Shown here: positions 1-12,616 of the stretch, in pieces
Layout of the letters: every line of letters begins with the position of its first letter
How positions within the stretch are numbered: the first letter of the stretch is position 1
Notes under the pieces: generated by a model
Seen by the model: the letters and a program-made list of their open reading frames with translations, nothing else
Database searches by the model: none
Told to the model about the DNA's origin: nothing
Program-made: the position numbers and the translations under genes
Assembly: GCA_977018835.1 (NCBI GenBank)
Contig: OZ361260.1
Span: 3,534,001 to 3,598,000, forward strand
Length of the DNA stretch: 64,000 bases
Reading direction: 5' to 3'
Origin: Minutocellus sp. GHC0000111
Taxonomy: Eukaryota

Positions 1-832
1 GATCGATGCACATGCCATATGCTTCTTCTCCGTCGGTGCTACGAAAGGAAATACAATCAAGGGCCCTCGCTGCAGCGGAATGTCGAGCGTTTGCCTTGGA
101 AGAGTAGCACGGAAGCAACACAGTCTTCCCATCGATCAACGGCACTTCCACCATTTCGTATGGTGCCCCCTTCCACCGACCACCGAGAAAGTGCTCGCCA
201 TCGAAGGGGTTGGTAAAGAGTCCGACAAATTTGTATTTCATGTCCTTTTTCTTGGACTTGATATCCTCGCACTCCCACACGGTGTAGTCCGTATCCTTTG
301 CTATTTGGAGCAGCTTGGTATCTTCATCGCTGCCGAATACTTTGATCAAGCATGAGCACGGCTGTCCTGATATCTTGGCGTTGAATGCGTACAGTCGGCT
401 GCGATTCGGGCGAGGTGTAGAATCTGTCTCTTCGCCATCATCCACCCCCTTCATTTTGGCATCATCAACTAATATGTCTCGCGGTGTCCATTCCTTTCCT
501 TCCGTCTCTTTTGCTTTCACAGTGGCCCACCCATCATCTCCTTCGGACTTGGTATTCCATACTCCACAATCAACATCCGACCGCTGACCCCATGGTTTTG
601 CCGCACCTGTCGAAGCGCCATCATGACCACGAGCATGGCCGGTGTTCCAAGAACTCGATGTACGAGTTGGCGTCTTCACCTGCCCCCGTTGACCCCATCC
701 TCCGTCACCTCTCGGCAACGAGGGTGGGACCTGCTCCTCGCTACTGTGAGGCATCGATGGAGTTTGATGGCTGCTCCTGGGGTCTTTCAGTAGCCCGAGG
801 CAAGTATCTCGATCACGCGGTTTGGTGGGCAT
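1..832 (-). CDS. Partial ORF running off the window edge; possible dsRNA-binding-motif-like protein
   Basis: Hand translation is open from ATG 832 to base 1. It is absent from the ORF track because there is no stop in the window. It contains FTNPFDGEHFLGG...YSSKANARHSAARALDC, which resembles the dsRBD terminal helix (SKKxAxxxAAxxAL). Confidence 0.5.
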   Translation of the reverse strand, partial: MPTKPRDRDTCLGLLKDPRSSHQTPSMPHSSEEQVPPSLPRGDGGWGQRGQVKTPTRTSSSWNTGHARGHDGASTGAAKPWGQRSDVDCGVWNTKSEGDDGWATVKAKETEGKEWTPRDILVDDAKMKGVDDGEETDSTPRPNRSRLYAFNAKISGQPCSCLIKVFGSDEDTKLLQIAKDTDYTVWECEDIKSKKKDMKYKFVGLFTNPFDGEHFLGGRWKGAPYEMVEVPLIDGKTVLLPCYSSKANARHSAAARALDCISFRSTDGEEAYGMCID

Positions 833-1459
833 GGCGCGAGGCGCGAGGTGGCAGTGAGTTGCTTTGAAGAGAATGAAGGCAGCTTGCAGCCTATGGCAGC
901 TTACGCAGTGGCAAAAGCTCATGATCCGGCATGTGCACTCTCGGCGCCATGGCGCGGCCTCGCGGCCTCGCCTCCCCGCCCACAGCTGCTGCACAGTCAG
1001 TCCAGCAGAGCAGCAGCAGCAGCAGCCGCAGCTTTGTGAGGAGGTTGCACAGGTCAAGGCGGTCGAGACGGAAAGAGGACGTACCTAGGTAAATTAGAGG
1101 TATTGGAAAATACCTGTATTACTAGTCTAGACTAGTCCAGTGAAGTAGATCTAAGTGTGCATTTCTTCAATTGTACCGGTACATGTGATGCTATGCCGTT
1201 GTCAGACCTCGGTAGAGTCTAATGGCAAGGTTTCTCGCGAGCATCAGCGATACATAAGATAAAAATTCAATGCTATCGCTATTCATGGCTACGAAGGTAC
1301 TAATAACTGTCTCTACCTTTAGATCTAGTTCTTATCATCAATGGGCAGTGCACCTGAGAGACATTGCTCATCTCAACCACAAGGAACAAAGAGAGTGCCA
1401 CGACAAACATGAGGTAGTAGATCTAATAAATCAACGCACATCCCATAGAATATATATTT

Positions 1460-4400
1460 CTACTCATCGGCCTTGGGCGCTTCTTCGTCCGCCTCCTCGG
1501 CCTTGACAGTCTTGTCAATAGGGGCAGCGATATCCTGGGTATCGCTCCAGTAGTACTTCCACACAAAAATGGTGGCAATGGCACAGATAGCGATGGGAAT
1601 CACTGCGAGGAATAATTTAGAAAAGATGTGCAAAAAAAGGGTCAGCGCTTCGATTTCAAATTTGATTTTTCAAATTTCAGACAAACACTGCCGAGACCAC
1701 TCTCGTCGAATTGAGGAAGAAACTGGAGGAGCATTGCTGGCTGTGACAAGGAGGCCTGGGCCAAACTGTACAAGAGAACTGGAGTGATGTGCGGCGGGCA
1801 CATCCAACTGCTCTGGCGGCCCTTCCAAAGAAGCCGAGGCGAAGGTGGTGCACAACGACCGCTCCGTCACAGCGGAAGGAAGAGCCCCAGTTCGTGGCAC
1901 AGGTCCCGGCCAAGTCGACATCGTCCTGGTCCATTCCCTCTCTGACTTCGATGAAGCCATCGAGAGGTCTCACAGGAAGGGTGGACCTGCAGCGACAATG
2001 GTCTACATGTGCCTGTCAGGGCCTACGAATACTGACAGTGCTCGAGAGATTGAGATGCGGTACCAGGCGTTGGCCAAGGACAAGGGTGTGACGAACAGAA
2101 CCGAGGACGACGACTATCATCCTGGGAGTATCAGCCCCACCAATCCGTTTGCAACGGCTTGTGGATGCATCGTCAAGGACGGGCTACAGGCCGTCAAGGA
2201 TGGTACCTTCTTCCTTGATCTATCCATGCCTGAATTCTTTGCGTTGCGCATCCGAACGCACTACCCGTGGGCTCGGGACAAGAAATATTGGAGGCTGGGA
2301 ATTGGCGGGGCCAAAAAACAGAAAGCCGCAGCTCGCAAGCGGGAGCGTTGAATTGAGAAGAAGGCGGCTGCGGCGAAGAAGAAGGCGGCCTGATTCGTCC
2401 TTGCGGAAGGGGTGGAGGTAGGCATACACGTAAACAATAGAGAACAAAAACAAAACAAAAACTTACTGCGCAGTGATAGAGACAACGAGGAGATGATGAG
2501 AACGTGGTTAGATGTAAATGAGCCAAGAAGCGGTCATAAAAAGAACGATGAAGCTCGATTCCACTCACCAGCCATAGTACCACATCTCCCAGTCGCCCCA
2601 CCCAGCCATGATGGGAGCAATGACCAGAGAGATCATGCTCATGAGCTTGATGAGGATGTTGAGAGCGGGTCCGCTGGTGTCCTTGAAAGGATCTCCGACA
2701 GTATCACCAACTACGCAGGCCTTGTGAGTGTCGGTGCCCTTGCCACCGCAAGCTCCCTCGATCTCGATGTACTTCTTGGAATTATCCCAGGCTCCTCCGG
2801 CGTTGGCCATCATGATGGCAAGCATCATACCAGAGGCGATGGCGCCACCGAGCATGCCGGTGAGAGCCTTTGGCCCGATGAGAATGCCGATTACGAATGG
2901 AGCCATCACGGCATAGACGCCGGGAAGGATCATTTCTTCGACAGACGACTGGGTGGAGATAGCAACGCACTTGTCCGAGTCAGCATCGGCGGTTCCCTCG
3001 CGAAGTCCCTCGATGGTGGCGAACTGGCGACGGACCTCGATGATGATGGCACCAGCCGCCTTCTGAACCGAAAGCATTGTGAGGGCCGCAAAGAGGAAGG
3101 GAAGCATGGCTCCAAAGAGTACAGACGCAAGGACAACGGGGTCGGTGATATCAACTACATCGACCTCGGCCTTTTGCTTGAAGGCGGTTAGGAGACTAAG
3201 ACTGGTAAGAACAGCAGAGCCGATGGCAAATCCTTTGCCGGTGGCAGCGGTGGTGTTTCCAAGAGCATCAAGGGCATCGGTAGTCTCACGAACACGCTCT
3301 TCGAGCTCGGCCATCTCCGCAATTCCACCGGCATTGTCTGCAATAGGACCGTAGGCATCGGTAGCAAGGGTTACTCCAAGAGTTGAGAGCATGCCAACGG
3401 CTGAAATAGCGATACCATATCCACCTGCTAGGGCGTTGCAGCCAAAGATGGTAGCCACAAGAATGACGACGGGGGCGACACAAGAAATCATGCCAATACC
3501 AATACCCTGAATAATGACAGTGGCCGGACCACTGCATATCGATGGGTTGAGGAAAGGAAAGAGATGAGCAATACAAACCCAGGAAACAATACTAGTAGAA
3601 TAGTCACAAAAATCTCCCCCTCATGTGCACATGCGGACGACTTACGTAACACCGGCTTCCGTAATCGATCTCGTGGGCCAGTAACTGTATGAGGTAAAGT
3701 ACTCCGTCGCTTGGCCAATGAGAATACCAGCAAAGAGACCGATAATGACACAAGAAAAAATCTTCCAGCCAAGCTTCTCGGTATCAGTGACAGGCATGGG
3801 CATACCAGTTTCATCGGTGCCAAAGAGGATGGTAGATCCTTCAGAAAACCTCTGAGAGATAATGACGGCTACGAATGCAAGGACGAGAATGCCAGAGACG
3901 ATGGTTCCCTTATGCAAGGCAAAGAGAAGCTGGTGCTGGGAGGCTCCGTCCTTGGTACCAACGGCGAAATAACCAGCGACGGCAGCGAAAATTCCGGCTC
4001 CTGCAACCCAGAAGGGAAGCATAACAAGAGTGGGATCTCCGTTAGCGAGAGCAGCGGCGGCAATGATGGAGCCAACAAAGGACTCAAAGAGATCGGCACC
4101 CATGCCGGCGACGTCACCAACCTAGGGAGGAAGTGAGAAAAGAGAAACAATAGGTACAAACCATTGAGTTACATAGAAAGAATACGATGCGGGCGGTGAA
4201 AGAAACTGTGGCAGTGCCGGCAATCCGAAATACATTTTTTACTCACGTTGTCGCCAACATTATCGGCAATAACGGCCGGGTTACGCGGATCGTCCTCAGG
4301 AATATCCATTTCCACCTTGCCGACAAGATCGGCGCCGACATCGGCAGCCTTGGTGTAAATGCCTCCAGCAACACGAGCGAAGAGGGCAATGGAACTAGCA

Positions 4401-5396
4401 CCAAAGCCGAAACCGGCGAGGGAATCCATGGCATAGACCAGGGCGAGTCTCTCGTCCTCGCTACGGTTGATGGTCATGAGGTAGAAGAAGAGGGAAAGGC
4501 CGAAGAGACCAAGGCCAACGACGGTGAAGCCCATGACGGCACCGCCGGTGAAGGCAACGCGCAGAGCCGTGGCAAGACCCTCCTTGTCGGCGGCCTGGGT
4601 GGTACGAACGTTGGCATCGGTAGCAACGGCCATGCCCCCCCAACCCGCAAGGGCAGAGAGACCGGCACCGGCAAGGAAGCACCCGCCCATGCGGATACCA
4701 TCGAGACGATCGTTGGCAGCCGTGGGGGGATCGGCCGAATAGAGTGCCACAAGGAAGGCAAAGAAGACGGCGACGAAAAACGACAAGTAGAAGTACTCAG
4801 TCTTGAGGAAGGAACGAGCGCCGGAAGCGATGAGGTCGGACAGCTTGTTCATCTCATCACTTCCACGGGGGGCTTCCTTGAGCTGTAGAATTGTGAGAAT
4901 TGATAAGAAGGAAGAAAGCAAAGACGAACAAGCGCATATAAATGAGAGAAAAATCAACGCAATGGTTTATTTTGATCTCTCACGCAATGGTATCTTTTGA
5001 GCTCAAATTATGTTGTGCATATTATGTTTGTGCGAAATGCAAAACCAGGCTCTGTGTTGACCACCGACCAGTTCTCGCGCGCGCTCCAAGGAATAGGCAG
5101 AACGATCAAACCAATCGAGCAATCAACTAAACACTCCGCCCCCGAGCAAAGAAAGGCAATAAATTGCCTGCCTGCCTGCAATTGCATGCACTCCGAACTT
5201 TTTTTTTTGTGGCCGTATCTTTATTTCCAGCACAAAGAAGTCGAGTGTTTTCTTTCATTAAAAAAGCGGGAACGCAATGATGCCTTACCTTGCGCAGGAG
5301 CCAAAAGACCATGAGGCCAGCGAGGCCGCCAGCGACCAAGCTGAGCGAGACGAGCTCGATGGGATGAGCGGTGGGTGGGTTCGGCCAGGTTCCCAT
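1460..5396 (-). CDS. Membrane H+-translocating inorganic pyrophosphatase (V-PPase), 5 exons: 5396-5289, 4882-4247, 4121-3646, 3531-2570, 1602-1460
   Basis: Diagnostic motifs [53 protein letters not shown] and [14 protein letters not shown]. The first three introns are GT-AG and keep the frame. The terminal exon [19 protein letters not shown]...ADE* is joined via the nested intron. Confidence 0.95.
1603..2569 (-). other. Nested spliceosomal twin intron ([D1,2] stwintron): inner intron 2568-2466, outer intron G(2569)+2465-1603
   Basis: The minus strand reads GGC T|G[GTGAGT...CTAAC...CGCAG]TAAGT...CTGAC...CGCAG|TG ATT CCC. Sequential splicing gives in-frame YYGLIP. Confidence 0.75.
1845..2351 (+). 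other. Unknown ORF lying antisense inside the PPase outer intron; probably an inserted or degenerate element
   Basis: 168-aa ORF with no recognised domain, located in an unusually long (about 860 nt) intron. Confidence 0.3.
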
Positions 5397-5861
5397 TTTT
5401 CAATGATGGGGAGGGGGCTTGAAGTGCTGGAGTGCGGGGAGGATGCGAAACACAGCAGGAAGATGTGTTCGACTGTAGATACACAGCGGGATACAAAACC
5501 AAACAAGGTGAGGACAGCAGGCAGAGATACGCTACTTGCTTATCAACAACGGTTCGATTGGGATGTGCCAATGGATCTATTTTATGTGATGGGTGTGATG
5601 GACTTGAAGGCGAGCCAGCTGGTCGTCGGCCAATGCGTGTCAATTTGAGGTTACGATCCGCCACTTTTGGGAAATTAATGAAATTTTTCGAGGCAAGGCC
5701 TTGACTCTTGGTATGTTCTTGAGGTCCAAAGAAAACCATCGAGAACCGTCCCGTCACATGCAAAGTTTCTTTGTACTTCTCGATTGAAGGACAGACTGTG
5801 GCTCATTCATTGTTTTCAGCCAAACGAACAAGAGAGACAAAATTGCTCCACGGTAGGTACT

Positions 5862-7904
5862 ATGGCGGAAGCGTCGGGTCCTTCAGCCGGCAGCGGCGGC
5901 GGACCAATCAAACGCGGCGGCGGCAGTGGCAGCCGGCGCAGCGCAAAGCGCGGCGGGCGGAACCGTCGGGGCGGAGGAGGGCGCGGTGCCTCCTCCTCCT
6001 CAGCAGCCGCTGCTGCCTCCTCGTCCGGCGGCACCGGCAACACCAAAAGGACCAGCAAGAGCAAGCAGCAGCAAAAGACCAAGAAGCAGCAGCAGCCCAC
6101 CGGCCCTCAGCTGCCCACCCTCAAGGTGGCCGTGCGCAACATCACCGATGCCGGGCGGCACGGCACGGCGACCGACGTGGTGGCGATGGTGACCCGTCTG
6201 ATCGAGGACGTCAACAACAGCACCTGCAGCTCGAACACCGGCACTGGTACTGGTACCGGTGCGTCGTCGTCGTCACCTTCCGAGCCCAGCTCCTCGGCGG
6301 CAGCCCTGGCCGCCGGGATGATCCCCCCGGTCAAGCTCTGGCTCGACCCCATGTCGGCCCGGGCCGTTTGTATGCCCGATCGGGCGCGGGATCTCCAAAA
6401 GAGGCTCCAGGAGGAGCACGAGGAGGCCGAGAAGCAAGAGGCTGATGAGGCAGAGCAAGAGGCAGAGGAGACCGAACAGCAGCAAGAAGGAGAGGGAGAG
6501 GATGCCGACGCAGCTGCCCCCGGTTCAGGGGAAGGCGAAGAGGACGCCGACGTCAAAACGAAGGCATTGGAAGGAGATGCCAAGGATACGAATGAAGGTG
6601 ACGGACAAGCCGAGGAGGAAGTCAATGCTGAAGGTCACAAGTCCAAGGCGAAGAAGCAGCAACCTGTTTTGTCATCGACGGTCGGATGCATCCCCATCGA
6701 GAACGATGCCAACGAGGGCGGCGATAGAAGCAGCAACAGTGGCAGCAGGGGTACGACAACCGATATGGAGAAGGGACCATCCGACAAGGATGCCATCTCC
6801 GTTCGGATCGTTTCCGTCACCCCTCCCAAGAAGACCCGGCGGAGGGGGGAAGTCGGGGGGACGGCATATCTCGTTCTGACCCCTCCGATGCCCAGCTGGA
6901 TCAGAGAAAAGATGGAGGGCAAAGGCGGCGGCGGTGGCAAATCCAAGGATGCCGATACTGACGCAGCAGCGGCAGCAGCGGCAACAGCAGCAGCAGCTGG
7001 AGCGGATGAAGCAGAGGAAGATGAAATGAAAGAAGGATCTTCTCCGTTACCCCCGGCAGGCCCAGCCAGCACCACGAATAGTGCCACCATTACGCCTGCT
7101 GATCGTTCCAGGGCACTGGCTCAGTCCCGCCTTCACCTTCGGTTGGCTTTGGAGGTCCTTTCAGCTGTGGCGGAGGCGGATGCCAAGTCCTCGCAAACCT
7201 ACGGGCTCTCCGTCGTGGTAGCCGCCCCGGCCCAAAAGGCTTGGAAAGATCGCGATCCTGTCCGCGTGGCGGTCCTACCCGACCTCGGCGTGGAACGATG
7301 GAAGCGGCCCATACCAAGTGTCGATCGTAGGTATGACTCCACATTGGAACGGAGCGCGGACTACAAGGACTTCTTGGAGAGGGAGCGTGTTAAAGAGGAG
7401 GAACGATCGGCCCGGAGCAAGCCAACCCCTGGTGGGATTGGCGGCGATAGCGGCGGGGGAGGAGCCGCAACTCCGGCCGCAACTGCTCTTGCCGATCTGT
7501 CTGGCGCCTTTGGTGTTGATGCCGAATCTGGACACGCCCTATCGGCTTTGGTCGTCGAGCTGCGCAAGAAGCGCGAGGCCGAGAAGGAGAGGGAACGGGA
7601 AAAGAAGGCAAGGAAGAAAAAGGCCAAGGCCGAAGCCAAGAAGAAAAAGGCCAAGGCTGAAGCCAAGGTTCTGGCATTAGCAGGCGGTGGCAAGGGTAGC
7701 AAGGTTGGGAAGAAAGGCTGCGGGAGGAGCGGTACGAGTAGTAGCAAGAAAAAGAAGAAGAAGAGCAAATCCAGCGGAGGTCCAAGCGTCGCTCCAGGCG
7801 CGGTCTTATTGAAGCGCGGCGCTGGACCGAGTGGTGGCAATGCCGCCAGTACTAAGTCAGGTGGAGGCAAAGATGGCAAACAGAAAAGGAAGAAGAAGGC
7901 GTAG
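5862..7904 (+). CDS. UPF3: UPF3/Smg4-like nonsense-mediated decay factor with low-complexity insertions
   Basis: LKVAVRNI matches the UPF3 KVVxRxLP strand. VAAPAQK...DRRYDSTLERSADYKDFLE matches the APxQK...GTIExDxxYxxFLE motif. Lys/Arg-rich C-terminus. Confidence 0.65.
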   Translation: MAEASGPSAGSGGGPIKRGGGSGSRRSAKRGGRNRRGGGGRGASSSSAAAAASSSGGTGNTKRTSKSKQQQKTKKQQQPTGPQLPTLKVAVRNITDAGRHGTATDVVAMVTRLIEDVNNSTCSSNTGTGTGTGASSSSPSEPSSSAAALAAGMIPPVKLWLDPMSARAVCMPDRARDLQKRLQEEHEEAEKQEADEAEQEAEETEQQQEGEGEDADAAAPGSGEGEEDADVKTKALEGDAKDTNEGDGQAEEEVNAEGHKSKAKKQQPVLSSTVGCIPIENDANEGGDRSSNSGSRGTTTDMEKGPSDKDAISVRIVSVTPPKKTRRRGEVGGTAYLVLTPPMPSWIREKMEGKGGGGGKSKDADTDAAAAAAATAAAAGADEAEEDEMKEGSSPLPPAGPASTTNSATITPADRSRALAQSRLHLRLALEVLSAVAEADAKSSQTYGLSVVVAAPAQKAWKDRDPVRVAVLPDLGVERWKRPIPSVDRRYDSTLERSADYKDFLERERVKEEERSARSKPTPGGIGGDSGGGGAATPAATALADLSGAFGVDAESGHALSALVVELRKKREAEKEREREKKARKKKAKAEAKKKKAKAEAKVLALAGGGKGSKVGKKGCGRSGTSSSKKKKKKSKSSGGPSVAPGAVLLKRGAGPSGGNAASTKSGGGKDGKQKRKKKA

Positions 7905-8634
7905 GCATGGCTTACTTTGCACCTGCTTGGCTACATTGGTCACTGTCATTTATGTGTGTACACATACATCTAGTGCCGGTACTGGATCGTGCAGGACCTT
8001 CGGACGCAAAATGTCAGGTTCCGCTGCTTACGTTAAAACAGCAATCCACTCCAATTCGTCGGACGCCGATCTGTTCTTTGCCTTTGCCTGCAATGAAACA
8101 ACTCGATTATTGCATCTCTTCATCTCTAAGCTACGTAGTGGTGCAGTTGTTACGTAGCTAGAGCAAGTTCCCAAGGGTCAATTGGGCGGATCGATCAGGG
8201 ATCAAGAGTCGTTACGTCGCTACGCGCGTCGTACCGGTCCTTGTCTTTTTGTAAAAGAAGAACAGAAGCTAGCTACCGGTCCTTCTCTACATTTTAGATC
8301 TACGCGAGAGCAAGGCAACACACAGATTACCATCATTGAATTTCTCCATGCACACATGCCTTCACAGCAGAATTTAACGATAAAATAGTTATTCCCACCT
8401 ACGCGTACCGTAGGTCTTGCTCTGCAGATCTATCTAGATCTATATCTACGTGTGCCGGTGTGTAGATTCCTGTAACATAAAAAGCATGTAATCCATGTAA
8501 CATAATCCATGTAACATTAAAAAAGCATGTAATCCACTGCCCTCGCCCCCTTCGTGAATGCAAATCCTTGTAGGTTCCTGACCCTTTTTACGGATCCGAT
8601 GGACACAGCCCCTTTTCAGCTACCGGTACATGTA

Positions 8635-10910
8635 CGAAGTCCGTTTCGCGAGAAATCGAGCGCAGGGTCGGGACCAAAACAGCGACTTTTTGGGCCCGCA
8701 ACCGCCTGAATCTTAGATCTACCGGCATTGAATACATGTACAATGCAAAGTACATGTATTGCAGCAGCTAGTATCCAGATCTACAATCCAATCTAGTATT
8801 ATTAAACCACCGCAGGACTAATTATCCATGGTTGGATCAGCAGGAGGAGGAGCGATAATTTTCCCATCTATCCGAACCATGCCATTTTCAGTCGGCCTGA
8901 AATCTTTTCGCACCCCAACATGAATGCCTTCACCGTTTCCAAGAAAATCATTGTTGCCTTTTGCAACGATTACCTTCTTTGCAATTCTATGAGCCTGGAT
9001 GTATGCCGATGCGATCTTCCAGTTTTCCAGCCCCATCCAAACTTCCTCCGCTGCATCCCAAGTCTGATCCTCTGTCAAAACCTTCAGCCCCTCCCGATCG
9101 CGGCACAACATTGTATGCTGCTTTGACATGCAAGGGAAAACAGACAGATCAAGAACATTCATATGGGGCATTTGCGGGGCCTGAGGTTCCCAACGCCATC
9201 CCTTGTCCCGACAGTATCCTTCCACATATTCCACAAATTCAGTCTCGGCATGGGGCCCAGCATTGTCGCCCTGGAAAATAGGGACATAGCCTTCAAACTT
9301 TCCGCCAGGTCCGACCAAAGCCTCAACATCCGGAAATATCTTGTTCTCAAACAAAGCTTTCAGTGGGAACTTGGGATTATCAAGGGTGCCATGGCTGCAT
9401 CCAGTCACCGCGCAATCCACAAGGTATAGATCGTCTTTCTTCCGAACCACCGGGCCGCAATATTTGATTCTACCATCTGCCTGCCGCACCGCCTCCCTTA
9501 CCATCTGCCTCGCAATTTTATGCGCCTGAGCCCGAAAAAGTCCAAGCTTGAACGCAATGCCGCCATTCTCAATGCTGTCAATAAAAGCCAAGGCAGTGAC
9601 AGCCACCACCATGCACTAGTTGATGTGATTTCGGTGATATGCCGAGAAGGACCGAGGATCAACACCCAATTCTGCAACTTGCTTGGCATGCGATCGAAGA
9701 ACCAAGCCCCAAAACCACTTCTCATCGAACATAACAAGGAGAAACTTGCCACCGCCGAGCCCCCAATTGTTTCGGAATTTCCGCGCAAATGCCAAATGTT
9801 TCTCCATCTGATGTGTAGTAAGGAGAGGGATGATCCTTTCGGCATAGTACCGGAACCCTTCCCGCGACATTATCCACCGCCGTATTGCCGAGCAGGAACA
9901 CCAAAAGTTGACATCCACCTCCAGCTCCCGCCAAGATTCCCGAGGATTTCGTATCAGAGCATCAACAATAACATCTCGAATGTATGGCTGCATAGCCAGA
10001 TGAGATCTCCTCTTCATCTCCCACATCGCCTTCTCAGATGCAGGTAGAGCACCATACGCCTTCATCCATCCCGAAAATCGTGCACCATGCTCTGCGCTGG
10101 ACAGCACCGAATAGTCCACCTTTGCCTGCTCCCTGCACTTGGCAATTGCAAAGAGACATGGTGCAGTATACCGCCGGGTCGCCGTTGCAAGATCGTCGAT
10201 GACAGAACGGAAGGCGGCCGAATCAGATGAATCATCGGCACTCGTTGGGAAGCAGTATACCGGTCCAAGTATGCCGATCGCGTCATCGAAATGCTCAGCT
10301 TCGACTTCCGCCCGAGACACAAATGGATTGAACACATACTCACCGCTGTCTTGGCCATCATCATTGACCAGGAGAAAACTCTCAAGATTGACGGGCCCGA
10401 GGATTTTGAGAAGCACATGCTCCTCAATGTCGTCAGTCGACTCGTCTGCCGGGCGATAAGGGCCGAGAACATGCCCCTCGACATGGATGATGTCGTGGCA
10501 ATAACTGAATCGGTGTACGACAAGGCCGCGGAGATGTTCCACTCCTCAGTTACCTTCATCTACAAGTTAAACGGCGTGAAGCGGGAGCTAAAGAAGCTCA
10601 AGCTCATCCCGGATTGGCTGTGGTGCGAGATCCGGGACGAATGCATCGTACTGCCGATCCGAGGCGAGTATCATGCCATCGTTCAAGATGAAGACGAGAT
10701 GGAGGCCGAACCGTCGCGTCGCACGAACGCGTCCATTTGATTAGAGCCGCTGAAATCTAAAGTCTTATCCGAATTATTGTTTCACATGAAGATAAATCAA
10801 AATTAGCCATTTTCTTAAATATTTCAGCATGACTATTCTTCGAGGCGCTTTTCAATCCCCTCGAAAGCAGTCAAAAACCGGGCGCTCGATTTCTCGCGAA
10901 TCTGACCTCG
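8635..10910 (-). mobile_element. Tc1/mariner (IS630 superfamily) DNA transposon with imperfect 29-bp TIRs
   Basis: TTCGCGAGAAATCGAGCGC at 8645-8663 is perfectly inverted at 10882-10900. The termini read CGAAGTC.. and ..GACCTCG. Flanks are TA (8633-34) and CA (10911-12, probably a mutated TA TSD). Confidence 0.85.
8818..10542 (-). pseudogene. Mariner-like DD38D transposase with a premature stop
   Basis: Motifs FDEKWF, FQGDNAG and QAPQMPHMNVLDLSVF. There is an in-frame TAG at 9615-9613 where the paralogue at 29.8 kb has K (NHVNKVM). Confidence 0.85.
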
Positions 10911-12420
10911 CATCCACCAACATCCATCCATCAATCCATCCATCCTACCATGTAGCATCTACGTAATAGCTAGCTTGTACGCCCACCACCACGCAGAAAA
11001 AAAGCAAACTACCTGGCCAGAAAGCCGAAATCAGCTGATTTCTGAAAAAATCAGCTGATTAATCAGCCGACCGACAACGCGGGCGAAGCAAGCGAAACGG
11101 CACCCATGACGCAAGAATCGGCTGATTGAAATCGACACCGTCACTCCCGCGTCTGCAACCCGCACGCGTACCTAGGTACGCGCGAGCTCCATAAAAAGCA
11201 AAAAGAGCTAGAGCACAACACAATAGTCGCTACTTGTAGGCACCCGATGTCCTCTTCTCCTCGACGATCCGCGCCTGTTGGTGGTCGGTCGCGGCGACAA
11301 CCGCAACGTGCGTCAGCACGCCCGTCCCATTCGCGCCAACATCCTTCGTGACACGGACGCCGTCGTAAAGTGTCTCGAGCGAGCCGTCCCGGACGTCGAG
11401 TTCTCTTTGAGCGGGAGCAAGAAGAAGAAAAATGATACCTTTGACTTTTCGATGCAATGGCAAAGGACGTCAACAACCTTCGCGACCGGCACGGAACGTC
11501 CAAGATGGAAGACTATCGGGAGGATGCGCTGAAGCGCATCCCGAAACACCTCCTCCGTGATCCGTCCGATTCAGGTGGTGGCACCAACGAGGGCCCAGTG
11601 CTGGGCTGGTTCGCATTCTTTGACCCGAGCAATCCGGTCCGGCTCATCTACGCCAAGACCGCAGCGCAAGCTGAGGAGCTCCGCCAAAAGAGCTGCCATG
11701 AATTCACTGAGGGGCTGTGCCACAATGACCCCTCTGCATCTTTCCCTCCGGCGGGGGACCTTCCTGTGGCCGCGGCCGCTGCTACCGGTGCTGCAGCGCC
11801 AGTGGCGGAGGATCCGGAACCGCCGCCTCTGCATGAGCAGGAACCACCGGCAGCTAGCTCTGTGGCAGCCCAATGGACATGTTCCAAAAATTAGAAAAGA
11901 GGGTGGCGGAAGCAACAGAGCAAAACACATTGAGTGTTTTGAGGAAAAGGTTGTCTGTGAGGAAACGGAGCAGGTGTGCTCTCCTATGAGACGCTGGGAC
12001 AAAAGCAAGTTTTCGAAGGACTGACTAGTCCAAGAAGTCTTCACACTCGACGGTGAAGAGTGTCACTCAAGTGGTCATTGGCGCTCTTCGGAAATTCAAC
12101 ATCCTCCAAGAGAGGGCAGTGGTTGCCGGTGACGTCTGATGCTCTGCCAAGAGAGTTCATGTCGACTAGAAGCATGTGCCACAACTCTCTCCTCTCGTCG
12201 TCCGACAGCCCAGGCATCGAAAACACTCCATCCCTAATCTTTGGCACATGTCCGTGAGACTGTGTCGAAAGCGGGGGCCTGATCGTGAAGTCCTGGATTT
12301 TTCTTCCACTCATCCTCCCATCCTCCCAGCAATTCGGCCATTGGGGCTCGTGCAATGCACCCAAGTCCAAATTGCCATTGGGCCTTCGAAATGCCAGCCA
12401 AAACACCAACCTGACGCAGC

Positions 12421-12616
12421 TGTTGACACCGTGGGATACATACGTACGTATACATACGTACGGTACGTACGGTGATCAGACCACTGACTCAGTGCCCTCT
12501 CCTGACCATTGATCCATGGGCCAACGACATCTCCGATGGCCCATTTTTCATCTACGTAGGTCCTATTAACCTCTACTAGCTATGTCTATCTAGCTTAGCT
12601 TTAGGACCTCTTAGCA
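12421..12616 (+). repeat. 5' LTR (196 bp)
   Basis: TGTTGACACC...CTCTTAGCA, near-identical to 18457-18654. Confidence 0.97.

Noticed and set aside
2412..4888. Plus-strand ORFs 2412-3191, 3711-4136 and 4187-4888
   Set aside because: Antisense shadows of H+-PPase exons.
9613..9615. TAG in the mariner transposase as recoding or an alternative genetic code
   Set aside because: The paralogue has AAG, so this is a simple nonsense mutation. Host genes end normally at TAG.
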